A DNA stretch of 64,000 bases from Gemmatimonadaceae bacterium (GCA_035455745.1 DATIEP010000023.1:16628-80627), one strand, 5' to 3'; shown: positions 39,221 to 48,972, counted from the first letter of the stretch. Program-made: numbers and translations. The notes: a model not told the origin generated them from the letters alone.

Positions 39221-40102
39221 TCATTGACCTGCGAGTCGGGCCATGAGCCCGAGTGCCTGCTGCGGCGAGACAAATGGATTGATCGCTGCCTCGTATGCGG
39301 AAATCGCGTCGTCAAGTTCCCGACCGAGTGGCGCGAGCAATGGCTCGAGAGAAGACCGACTGGCGACGGCGAGATGGTCATTGAATCCTAGGTCCACGCC
39401 GATCCCTGCGCTGATGAAGAGATCATCCTCGGCAAGGATGTCTTCAAGGTGTGGAGGCTCGTCGGCTCTAAGCAGCTCGACAATCCGATGGGCACGCTTT
39501 TCCGTCGTGGCAAAGAGACTGATCTCTCCAGCGGCGTCGTTCAGGACCGATTGGAGCAGTGCGACGAGATCCGCGAACGTTCCGATGCGAAACAGCAATG
39601 TTTTGTCGCGCATCCAGCGCTGCCGCTCTGTGGGCGGCGGATGAATGCGGACCGCCGATCGCGCCGGCGTGAAGCCCTTGAAGACAAGATGTCCAGGCGG
39701 TCCCTCACCGTCGGTTTCGAATTGCCAGGAAACGACGCTACCAGCCTGGCTAAGTGCCCTTGCCGCATCCTCCGTCGAAAAGTGGGCGTTGCCGAGCACC
39801 TCGTACTTGGCGATCAGCGACCACACGAATCGCAGGTAGACAGCGACTTCCTCTCGATTGTTGTTGGTGATCGCGAATCGGTGCCAATGCTGGGCATTGA
39901 TCGAATCGATGGCCTCTGAGTCGCTGATCCCAGCCCAGTGCACGCGCACCGGCGAAATGCCATCCGAGACGAAGCGCGCCCAGTGCAGCGATCCTTCACG
40001 CCAATACTGAATGGGTAGACGGGTCACAGATGTCTGTTGCTGGCTAACGCCTGAAGCTATACTGCAAGCGAATGTAACAATGCGAGCGAAGCGAGCATTC
40101 AC
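39221..40102 (-). CDS. Orphan hypothetical protein (lower-GC cassette)
   Basis: 293-aa ORF with a GTG start and no family recognised. The first 20-25 codons overlap attC-like element P4, so an internal GTG at 40026 (..SVTRLPIQYW) may be the real start. Confidence 0.55.
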   Translation of the reverse strand: MNARFARIVTFACSIASGVSQQQTSVTRLPIQYWREGSLHWARFVSDGISPVRVHWAGISDSEAIDSINAQHWHRFAITNNNREEVAVYLRFVWSLIAKYEVLGNAHFSTEDAARALSQAGSVVSWQFETDGEGPPGHLVFKGFTPARSAVRIHPPPTERQRWMRDKTLLFRIGTFADLVALLQSVLNDAAGEISLFATTEKRAHRIVELLRADEPPHLEDILAEDDLFISAGIGVDLGFNDHLAVASRSSLEPLLAPLGRELDDAISAYEAAINPFVSPQQALGLMARLAGQ

Positions 40103-40135
40103 TAAATCGCTTGTCAGTATCAGCGAGTGTTAGAC
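40042..40135 (-). repeat. attC-like imperfect palindrome (P4)
   Basis: Coding strand: GTCTAAC-ACTC-GCTGATACTGACAAGCG ... CGCTTGCAGTATAGC-TTCAGGC-GTTAGCC, 94 nt. The inner boxes pair 14 bp with 1 mismatch and 2 bulged bases. It starts 22 nt after the stop of 40158..40736. Confidence 0.65.
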
Positions 40136-40157
40136 GACAGCGGCGGGCACTGCGCGC

Positions 40158-40736
40158 CTACGGATGTCCGCCAAACCGCGCAGGGAGGGAGAGGCCGGGC
40201 GCTTCGTATTGCGTGGTGAAGCTCGCCACTTTCCAGTCGCCGCCCACGCGCACAAGCTCGATGCTGTCCACGCCCCTCTCTTCGGCGACGGCGCGCCCTG
40301 GCACGGCGCCCTCGAACGTAACGAACGCATGCGCGATGTGCCCATAGGCATCAATCCGCGCGGTGATGATCCGTTCACGAAAACCCGCCTTGCCCTTCGG
40401 TGTGCCCTCCACCCACGCGCGGAAGTGCGTGATGAAGGTATCGAGCGGCACAGCGCGTGGCGCGACGCCGGTCGTCACGGGATCGACGAACGCCGCGCCG
40501 GGCAATGCCAGCGCGCGCATCGTGGCCCACGCTGGGACGTGGCCCGCGTCAAAAGAGAACGCGGCGTACAACGTGTCCAGCGTGCGGCGGATCGCGCGCT
40601 GCGTGGCCACGTCGAGGGCGGAGTCCGCCGGGGAACGACGAACGGCCGACTGCGCGGCGCCCGAACTGCTCGCGCTGCCAATCGCAATGAGCAACCCGAC
40701 ACCGGCATACACGAATCGAGGAAGAACCTGTTGCAT
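40158..40736 (-). CDS. NTF2/SnoaL-like (DUF4440-type) secreted protein
   Basis: 192-aa ORF with an N-terminal signal (FVYAGVGLLIAIGSASSSGAAQS) and a C-terminus VGGDWKVASFT typical of NTF2-like folds. Confidence 0.45.
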   Translation of the reverse strand: MQQVLPRFVYAGVGLLIAIGSASSSGAAQSAVRRSPADSALDVATQRAIRRTLDTLYAAFSFDAGHVPAWATMRALALPGAAFVDPVTTGVAPRAVPLDTFITHFRAWVEGTPKGKAGFRERIITARIDAYGHIAHAFVTFEGAVPGRAVAEERGVDSIELVRVGGDWKVASFTTQYEAPGLSLPARFGGHP

Positions 40737-40766
40737 GAGTCGTTCAAGTAGATGAATTGAGCTGTC

Positions 40767-40784
40767 GTCTAACGCTTGTTAGGC
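40767..40784. repeat. Back-to-back box pair GTCTAAC-gctt-GTTAGGC (mini hairpin)
   Basis: 7-bp stem with 1 mismatch and a 4-nt loop, 30 nt upstream of the ATG at 40736. Confidence 0.6.
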
Positions 40785-40827
40785 GGCGTCGATAGACTGC
40801 AAGGGATTACAAAATCAAATCTTCTCT

Positions 40828-40931
40828 GCAGTCTAACACGCCCAACGCAAACGGACACGGGTTCGCATAAGTCCAATCGCTGCTCTTGTTTGACATACCG
40901 ACAGTTCACCATACGTCGGGTGTTAGACTGC
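40828..40931 (-). repeat. attC-like imperfect palindrome (P3)
   Basis: Perfect 12-bp outer stem gcaGTCTAACac (40828-40839) / gtGTTAGACtgc (40920-40931). Pairing continues inward with a bulged G, then cc/gg, a and cg. It is 98 nt box to box and lies 107 nt downstream of the esterase stop. Confidence 0.65.
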
Positions 40932-41038
40932 GACGTCGGTCAGCCTATTCCCCCGCTAAAGCCGAGCGTCCCGGAACATCCGCGACCTCGGCACCCAGCC
41001 GGAACTCATACCACAACCGTGCGCTGTCATTCACCGGC

Positions 41039-42787
41039 CTAGTATTCCCAGGCGCTCGTGTTCGTGCCGGACGGCGCGTGCTTCGTGATCGCCGCCGCCA
41101 TTTCCTTGACCAACTCCGCGTTAGTCACGTGCTGCCACCCGTGTCCTTTTTCCGGGCGCCCATAGCGGAACATGCCCGGCACGTGGGGCGACTTCGTCGA
41201 CGCGAGGAAGTGCTGCAGGTCCATCACCGCCAGGTTCAGATAGAAGTTGTCCATGTCCCCGACGTCGACGTGAATCTTGTCCACGAGATCCGGCCCAACG
41301 GTGTTCCAGTTCTTCGCCAGGTACGCTTCGAGATCGTAGCCGTGGTCGCGCATGTAGTCGATCACGGAGCGATCGATGTGCCCCGTTTTCTTGTCCCACA
41401 GCGGCTCGGGATAGCCATCGGCGCCGACAGGAGCGTACACGGATTCCCACGCCTCGAACTGTTCGCCCGAGCGCCCATGGCTGCCGAGCACGTCTTCCAA
41501 ACGACTCAAGTCGCGGATGCTGAGCCACGGCTGCCCGTCGTTGTCGCGCATGACCATGCGCTCGGCATGGTACCACGAGCTGATCGGACTGAACGGCGCG
41601 ATGCCAGGCGCGTCGTCCACGAAGGCGTTCGTGTCGGCGTACGCGTCGAAGGTCCCGTAGTGATGAAAGTCCACGGGATCGGGATAGAGCGTCCAGGTCC
41701 CACCGAAGAACTTGGGATGATAGATCTGCAGCGCGATCGACTCCCACCCGCCGGTCGAGCCGCCGGTTAGCACACGCGCATACGGCGCTTCGATCATCCG
41801 GAAGTGCGATTCGAGATAGGGAATCAGCTCGGTCATGATCGCGTCGCCGTACGGACCGTTGTTCGCCGAGTTGACCGCGTACGAATCATCGAAGTACGGT
41901 GTAGGGTGCTGGAAGGTCACCGCGATCATCCGCGGCATGTTCGGTCCCAGCCACTCGCGTGCGAACACCCATCCCGGTTCTCGGTTGTACGAGGCGAGGA
42001 GCGTCTGGATCTTCGGCGGCAGCGAGACGCTGTCCGGATTGAAGCCGAGCGGCGCGCCGAGCCCGAAGTGCCCCTGCTCGAACACGACAGGATAGTGCAC
42101 GTTCGGGTGTGTCTCGTACCCCGCAGGGAGCAGCACCGTGGCGCCGAGATAGAACGGATGTCCCCAGAACTTCGTGAGCAACGTGCTCTGAATCTTGATG
42201 TGCTTCACCCACTTCGTGTCCGCCGGCATCTGGATGGGCGGGATGACGTGGGTGAGCGAGATCTGCACGGTACCGCCCGCGGCCGGATCGATGTGCACCC
42301 GCTGCGGCTCGCTGATGATGTTGCCCGGCGACGACGTGAAGTGCTGCCCCTCCCACTCATCCATGTGCGCCCAGATGGTATGTCCGTCGGCGCGATGGAA
42401 TTCGGTATAGACGTTCATCACCGCTTGCACCCTGTAATCGCCGGCGGGAATGTCGGAGAGCGACTTGGTGGGATATCCAAGTGTCGACGCGTCGATCACC
42501 GCGGCCTGGCCGGGCGCCAGCGCGCTCACGTCGAGCCCGAAGAGCGGCGTGCTGTTGGTAAAGGAACCGGCGTTCGCGATGGGCGGCGGCGCGGAATCGC
42601 GGCTCAGGGCGAGGAAGACGCGGCCCGTGATCGGCCCGTCGTGCGCTGAGGCAGGAAACGAAATCTCGAAGCGCGGCGGCGCGACGCTCGCGCCGACCGG
42701 GACTCGCGCGCGACGCGTCGGGGAAATGGACGTGCCCGGTGCGACGCCCAAGACCACGAGGGCGAGGGAAAGACTGAGGTTGCGCAT
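41039..42787 (-). CDS. Secreted esterase-family (alpha/beta hydrolase) protein with N-terminal beta-rich domain
   Basis: Start moved to MRNLSLSLALVVLGVAPG (complement of 42785-42787). VLTGGSTGGWESIALQIYHPKFFGG resembles the putative-esterase family nucleophile region. Confidence 0.55.
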   Translation of the reverse strand: MRNLSLSLALVVLGVAPGTSISPTRRARVPVGASVAPPRFEISFPASAHDGPITGRVFLALSRDSAPPPIANAGSFTNSTPLFGLDVSALAPGQAAVIDASTLGYPTKSLSDIPAGDYRVQAVMNVYTEFHRADGHTIWAHMDEWEGQHFTSSPGNIISEPQRVHIDPAAGGTVQISLTHVIPPIQMPADTKWVKHIKIQSTLLTKFWGHPFYLGATVLLPAGYETHPNVHYPVVFEQGHFGLGAPLGFNPDSVSLPPKIQTLLASYNREPGWVFAREWLGPNMPRMIAVTFQHPTPYFDDSYAVNSANNGPYGDAIMTELIPYLESHFRMIEAPYARVLTGGSTGGWESIALQIYHPKFFGGTWTLYPDPVDFHHYGTFDAYADTNAFVDDAPGIAPFSPISSWYHAERMVMRDNDGQPWLSIRDLSRLEDVLGSHGRSGEQFEAWESVYAPVGADGYPEPLWDKKTGHIDRSVIDYMRDHGYDLEAYLAKNWNTVGPDLVDKIHVDVGDMDNFYLNLAVMDLQHFLASTKSPHVPGMFRYGRPEKGHGWQHVTNAELVKEMAAAITKHAPSGTNTSAWEY

Positions 42788-42948
42788 GACGTCCGGCCTC
42801 CGGAGTGAAGGACGGCGGAAGCATAGCGCATGGCCCGGACGTGCGCGACGCAGTCGCTTGTCGGGCGCGGCGCCTCGCTGAAGGTTATGCGACACGCCCA
42901 ACACTGCGCGCACGTACCGTACGCTCCCGGGGTGCTCGAGGCGCGCGA

Positions 42949-43225
42949 CTACCGCTGGAGGGCACTGGGACTCGGTCCCTTGCCTGGCATCACTGCCGCT
43001 TCGACTGACTGTCGGAGCTTGGTCACATCAACATCGAGATTACTGAGGACGGCCAGACCAATGCCGCCGGAATCGTCGAGGATGGCAAGTGCCGATGACT
43101 TCCCTTAGCACGAGCACGTCGTGGGGAACGCGGCGTTCGCCCATGCCCGCTCTCTCTGCAGCGCGTCGAAGGATGTCTGCGGCCTCTTTGGCCGCTAAGT
43201 CCGGATCAATGCCTGATTCGTTCAA
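42949..43225 (-). pseudogene. Clp N-terminal-domain-like gene, apparently frameshifted
   Basis: The 61-aa ORF (MNESGIDPDLAAKEAADILRRAAERAGMGERRVPHDVLVL) continues only after a +1 shift near 43100 as ALAILDDSGGIGLAVLSNLDVDVTKLRQSVEAAV..., with a stop at 42949-42951. Confidence 0.35.
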
Positions 43226-43324
43226 GACCGACTCCAGCAGTTCTACAAATCAGCTGGTACGTCGAGGCTCTCGGCGTCGTCGCCAGGCATCAAGAATACG
43301 ATCTGGGGAAAAAGTCATGTTGCA

Positions 43325-43422
43325 GCCTAACGCCCGAGCTAAGGTGCGGGCGAGTCAAAGAAAAGGGAATGCGCAGCATTCGCAATCATTACGTCGGTTG
43401 TCAGCTTCGGCGTTCGTTAGGC
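43325..43422 (-). repeat. attC-like imperfect palindrome (P2)
   Basis: Coding strand: GCCTAAC-GAACG-CCGAAGCTGACAACCG ... CCTTAGCTCGG-GC-GTTAGGC, 98 nt. The outer boxes are perfect and the inner pairing is about 9 bp with a bulge. Confidence 0.55.
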
Positions 43423-43802
43423 CGCCGCGTCGTGATGTGGGCCGGGTGAGACCCCGGTTGACGGAGCTGCTCTGGATAGCATGCAAGCCGGCGACGCCGG
43501 CACTATCGGCTATGAACGTGGCGGCGAGGTCGTGGTCCAGAGCACAATGCGCCATCCCGCCTCGGTGCGCGTGAGAACCATTGTGCCTGTTTCCGAGACC
43601 ACCTTCCGGGGAGTTCACCCTCGTCCAGACAGATGAAGTGTCCGAGATGGGAGGGCTGTCTCAACCGATCCAGGTAGGCCAGAAACTGCTCGTGAGTTCG
43701 TGGCGGCGAAGCCAAGCCGCGATGCAGTGCTCGGCTCCGGCGAACGGCCCCCAGAAATTCCTGCTCGCGTCGCCGGCTCGGAGTCTCGAGATGTACCGAC
43801 AT
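43355..43802 (-). pseudogene. GNAT (RimJ/RimL-like) acetyltransferase, probably frameshifted
   Basis: ORF 43503..43802 (EQEFLGAVRRSRALHRGLASPPRTHEQFLAYLDRL) has the typical N-terminus. The remainder is found only in an overlapping ORF in another frame (43355..43618). Confidence 0.45.
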
Positions 43803-43829
43803 GGAGAAATGCTTGGGGTAGGTCAGTCT

Positions 43830-43923
43830 GCCTAACGCCAGTGTTACGCCGCGGGCGAATCAAATAGATGCGAGTACAGCGAGCACTCCGCAACTCGACC
43901 GGCGGCTTCGACTTTCGTTAGGC
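43830..43923 (-). repeat. attC-like imperfect palindrome (P1)
   Basis: Coding strand: GCCTAAC-GAAAG-TCGAAGCCGCCGGTCGAG ... TCGCCCGCGGCGTAACA-CTGGC-GTTAGGC, 94 nt. The outer boxes are perfect, and the inner box GCCGCCGGTCGA/TCGCCCGCGGC pairs about 10/12. It starts 55 nt after the AraC stop and ends 27 nt before the GNAT start. Confidence 0.6.
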
Positions 43924-43978
43924 CGACGTGGTTGTACGTACGGTATTGCTCATGTGAATGGACACATGGCGGCCATCA

Positions 43979-44968
43979 CTACCGAGAAGCCGCCGCGCGC
44001 AAACGCTCGGCGTCCCGACGCGGTGGCTGACCAAACAGCCGGACGTACTCCCGATTGAACTGCGACGCGCTCGCGTAACCCACCTCATAGGCAACGGCTT
44101 CCGCACTCGTAGCTTCGGAAAGAAGGAGACGACGAGCCTCCTGCAGGCGCAGATGCTTCTGGTATTGAACCGGACTCATTGCGCACACCGCCTTGAAGTA
44201 GTGATGGAGTGCCGACGGGCTCATGTTGACGTGCTTCGCGAGAGCCTCGATCCGGAGCGGTTCCGCGAAGTGTTCTTTGATCCACGCAATCGCCCCAGAC
44301 ACCCGGCGCAGCCGCCCATCACCGATCGCCATCTGAGCCAAACGTCCAAACTGTTCGCTCTGGAGAAGTCTGTAGTGGAGCTCTCGCAGAATGAGCGGCG
44401 CCAGCACCGGGAGATCCTGCGGCGCATCGAGCAGCCGCACCAGGCGGAGGAACCCGTCGAGCAGCGGAGCCCGTAGCGCGCTCACGTAGAGGGCTCGTCC
44501 GTCGTGATCGTCTCGCGGTGCCTGCCGTCCCGTTTCCACGATCAATGCCGCGAGGTCCCGCGGGTCCACACTGAGAGTCATGCATAGGTACGGCTTGTTC
44601 GGGCTCGCTTCGAAGACACGCCCAACGGCAGGTAGATCCACCGAGACGGCAAGGTATTGTGACTGGTCGTAGATGTACGTCTCGTTGCCCACCGTCACTT
44701 CCTTTCGCCCCTGCGCCACAACGTACACCGCCGGCTCCATGAGGATGGTCGCCGATTCGGTTGGTTGTGAGTACCGATACAGCTTCAACTCCGTGATCGC
44801 CGTCTCGTTCCGCCCTTCGGAATTCGTCCGGCGCTCGAGCACCTTCGCGAGCTCGCGCCGTAGCGCTTCGGCAACTACCACAGTCTCCTCGCGTTCGGCC
44901 GATTCGGATCGACTGCGATTGAATTGCGTAGCTGCGCGTTTCCGATGAGTAGACAGGTTATTCGCCAT
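43979..44968 (-). CDS. AraC family transcriptional regulator
   Basis: 329-aa ORF with a C-terminal HTH_18 (LAKHVNMSPSALHHYFKAVCAMSPVQYQKHLRLQEARRLL...VGYASASQFNREY). Divergent from the aldo/keto reductase gene. Confidence 0.9.
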   Translation of the reverse strand: MANNLSTHRKRAATQFNRSRSESAEREETVVVAEALRRELAKVLERRTNSEGRNETAITELKLYRYSQPTESATILMEPAVYVVAQGRKEVTVGNETYIYDQSQYLAVSVDLPAVGRVFEASPNKPYLCMTLSVDPRDLAALIVETGRQAPRDDHDGRALYVSALRAPLLDGFLRLVRLLDAPQDLPVLAPLILRELHYRLLQSEQFGRLAQMAIGDGRLRRVSGAIAWIKEHFAEPLRIEALAKHVNMSPSALHHYFKAVCAMSPVQYQKHLRLQEARRLLLSEATSAEAVAYEVGYASASQFNREYVRLFGQPPRRDAERLRAAASR

Positions 44969-45158
44969 GTCTGTACGCTAGCGCGCCGCGGAACGTTCCT
45001 CCAGAGACGTGGAGGAATAGGCAAGAGTTCTCCTTGATCAGGCAGGGACGCGCCTCCTGGACAGCGCTACCATCCGTTCGTCGCACTAAAGCAGAAATGA
45101 GCAAATGAAAGCCTGGTCGGAAATGCACAGACCATTCTGAAAACGGGGACACTTCGCG

Positions 45159-46136
<978 letters not shown>

Positions 46137-46279
46137 CGCTGAAGCGACGGTGCATAGGCGCGGGACTGTTGAGCTGTGTCGCCGGCGCTGCCATGGAGCC
46201 ACGCACGAAGCGCCTGCGGAGCAGGCGCAAATCCTCCGATCGATCAGCCGCGGCGCACGTTAGGCAGCGCGCCGTGATG

Positions 46280-46522
46280 CTAGTGCGTTGCGAGTAGTCC
46301 CTCGACGGAAATGTCCTCGTCGACCTCGGGCCAATGAATGCCCACACCGCCGCCGATGAGCCGATAGTTCGCCCGCGCGTCGGGCGAGGCCTGGTACAGC
46401 AGAGGAAACCAGGCCAACGCTACCGCGACTTCCCGTCCATCCGCGAGCCGAACGTGCAGCGTGTCGACGCCGCACGCAACCTCGACGGCTCGCGGTTCGA
46501 GCCTAACGGCTGAAGTACTCAT
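46280..46522 (-). CDS. DUF2442 domain protein
   Basis: Start at MSTSAVRLEPRAVEV. LHVRLADGREVAVALAWFPLL...IHWPEVDEDISVEGLL is typical of DUF2442. Confidence 0.7.
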   Translation of the reverse strand: MSTSAVRLEPRAVEVACGVDTLHVRLADGREVAVALAWFPLLYQASPDARANYRLIGGGVGIHWPEVDEDISVEGLLATH

Positions 46523-46690
46523 TCTCGCCAGCCTTTGACAGCGGTGCCGTTCCTCACGATACTTCCCATCAGTGCGCCTGACAGGGCGCCTCCAACCCGC
46601 GGCAAGGGAACGATTCCCACCTGTCACACACTGAAATGCGGTGCTGTGCACCTTCTTTCAGCCTGATCGCGCAGCGGGTACAGGCGTTTC

Positions 46691-48349
46691 GTGAAAGGAG
46701 GCGCTATGTCCGCTGCTCGAGATCTGCCCGCCCATCCGTCCCTCGACTCTCTTCGCAAGCAAGCGAAGCGACTCGCTCGCGACGCCGCCGCCGGAAATGG
46801 CGACGCCATCGCCCGCATCAGAGCGCAGTTGCCGCACGCAGCGCTGCCGTTGTCCAACCGCGACGCGCAGTTCGTCATCGCACGCGAATACGGATTCGCC
46901 GGCTGGCCGGCACTCACGGCCGAAGTCGAGAACCGCCTGGGCCACGGGCTCGACCGGGCCGCCGCAGACGCACGCGTGGCGATTCACAATGCAGATCATG
47001 ATCGGTTGCGCGCGCTGTTAGGCGAATACCCGGCGCTTGCCTCGTGGCGCGACGAAAGCGGACGGACACTGCTCGATGCCACCATGTCGTACGCGATGGA
47101 CTGCTCGGATGCCGAACGCGAGCGCATCTACACCCGGCCCGTTGCCGCCGAGATGCTCATCGACGCCGGCGCAATGGTCGAGCGTACGACCTGGGAGCAG
47201 GCAATAAAGCCGGGCGCATCGGGCATGCTGCAGGTGCTCGCGAAGAAGACCGCGCCGCCGCGATCTCTCGACGTTCTCGCCGCACTCGGCGACGCCGCTC
47301 CGGTCCGCGCACGCCTCGATGCCGCCGCGCCGAGCCCGGACGACGGCGAACCCGACGCGCGGTTCACGTTAGGCAACGCGTTGATGAGCGCGTGCCGATT
47401 CACGCACACCGCCGTCGCGCTCCTGCTCCTCGAGCGGGCGATCGCCCTCGATCCCGAGCTCGGCCGTCGTATCGATCGCTGGCAGAACCGCGAGGCGTTC
47501 GTCGCCTTTCTGATTCGACATCCGGGCGCCCTCTGGCACATGCGGCCCGAGACGACGCTGTGGCAAGCGTTCGTGGAACTGCGGTTGACGGACGCTCTCG
47601 ATCGGAACGATCTCGCCACGTTTCGCGGCTGGCTGGACGACGAGCCATGGGTCCTCGACGCCCCGTTCACGATTCTGCAAGCCGAGTTGATGCTGCCCGC
47701 CTGCTACGAGAAGGATCGAGGGGAGTTCATCCGGACGTTGCTGGATCGCGATCCGGCGATTCTTCACACCCAGGCGCCGCCCACGCCGCGGTCGTCATTG
47801 ATCGCGCAAGCACTGTCCTATGGGAATGTCCACCTCGTTCCGCTGTTGACGAGGATCTGGCCGCTGCCTAACGATTTACCGCATGCCGCCGGCGTGGGCG
47901 ACGCGACCGCGGTGGCTCGCTGGTTCGACGCAGCCGGCAACCCTGCGCTGGGCGAGCTGGCGCAACACTACCCGCACAGTGATCCGCACTTTCCCCGTGC
48001 CGACTTGCACTGGGGGCCGCCGACGACGCAGCAGACGCTCGACATCGCACTCGCGTGGGCCGTTCTCAACTCGCACTTCGAGATTGCCACGTTTCTCCTG
48101 GAGCGCGGCGCCAACATCGACACCGATTGGGCAACGCACGAGCCGGCGAGCATTCTCCACGAGGCCGCAATTCACGGGAATCTGGATGCCGTGACCTTTC
48201 TCATCGATCACGGCGCCGACTTGACGATGACGGACTACCGGTATCGCTCGAACGCCGAGGGTTGGGCGCGCTACGGATCACACGATGAGCGGATGGCGGA
48301 CGTCCTTGCGTCAGCCGCCGCCCGTGCGCGTCCCAGGATCGAGCGTTAG
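46691..48349 (+). CDS. Ankyrin-repeat-containing protein
   Basis: 552-aa ORF with ankyrin-like repeats at the C-terminus (ILHEAAIHGNLDAVTFLIDHGADLTMTD, ALAWAVLNSHFEIATFLLERGANID). The stop TAG is in GTTAGGC. Confidence 0.65.
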   Translation: MKGGAMSAARDLPAHPSLDSLRKQAKRLARDAAAGNGDAIARIRAQLPHAALPLSNRDAQFVIAREYGFAGWPALTAEVENRLGHGLDRAAADARVAIHNADHDRLRALLGEYPALASWRDESGRTLLDATMSYAMDCSDAERERIYTRPVAAEMLIDAGAMVERTTWEQAIKPGASGMLQVLAKKTAPPRSLDVLAALGDAAPVRARLDAAAPSPDDGEPDARFTLGNALMSACRFTHTAVALLLLERAIALDPELGRRIDRWQNREAFVAFLIRHPGALWHMRPETTLWQAFVELRLTDALDRNDLATFRGWLDDEPWVLDAPFTILQAELMLPACYEKDRGEFIRTLLDRDPAILHTQAPPTPRSSLIAQALSYGNVHLVPLLTRIWPLPNDLPHAAGVGDATAVARWFDAAGNPALGELAQHYPHSDPHFPRADLHWGPPTTQQTLDIALAWAVLNSHFEIATFLLERGANIDTDWATHEPASILHEAAIHGNLDAVTFLIDHGADLTMTDYRYRSNAEGWARYGSHDERMADVLASAAARARPRIER

Positions 48350-48972
48350 GCAGCGTTGGAGCCATTGATCTGGCGCGGTGCATGCCGCATGCGCACCAGC
48401 AGCACCGCGCCGGCAATCCACAACACCAGCACCGTCAGCCGGAATACCAGTGTCGAATCGAACGTGAAGACGTGCCCGGCCGCAACCCCGAGCGAAGGTA
48501 CGATGTCTTTCATGTTGTTGAAGGCGGCGTGCATGAACATCGTGAGCAGCAAACTGCCGCCGGATCGCCAGTAGAGCCAGGCGAGCGCGATCGAATACGC
48601 GGTCAGCTGCAGGGCGTATAGCGGGAACGACTGGTGATAGGTGTTTGCTCCGGGGGTAAAAAAGAGCGGCAGGTGCCACGCCGCCCAGATTATGCCGACG
48701 CTGACGCTCGCCGTCTCGAGGCCCGTGCGTTCTGTTAGGCGCGGCAGGAGGTAGCCGCGCCACCCGACTTCCTCGCCCACCTGCCCGACCGTCGACAAGA
48801 CGGTCGCCGCGACGAGGATGACCGGATGCGTCTCGCCGAAAGGTGGCCACGCGCCGGTCGTGGCGCGGACCAGAACGGCCCAGAGCGCCCACGTGCTGAC
48901 GAAGGTCAGACCCAGAAACGCGCCGACGGCAGGTCCTGTGCGCCGCTCTCGTTCCATGCCTAACGCTCGCAC
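48346..48972 (-). CDS. CPBP family intramembrane glutamic endopeptidase (CAAX protease-like)
   Basis: Motifs EEVGWRGYLLPRL, WAAWHLP and FMHAAFNN. Its 3' end overlaps the ankyrin gene by 4 nt (convergent). Confidence 0.8.
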   Translation of the reverse strand: MRALGMERERRTGPAVGAFLGLTFVSTWALWAVLVRATTGAWPPFGETHPVILVAATVLSTVGQVGEEVGWRGYLLPRLTERTGLETASVSVGIIWAAWHLPLFFTPGANTYHQSFPLYALQLTAYSIALAWLYWRSGGSLLLTMFMHAAFNNMKDIVPSLGVAAGHVFTFDSTLVFRLTVLVLWIAGAVLLVRMRHAPRQINGSNAA

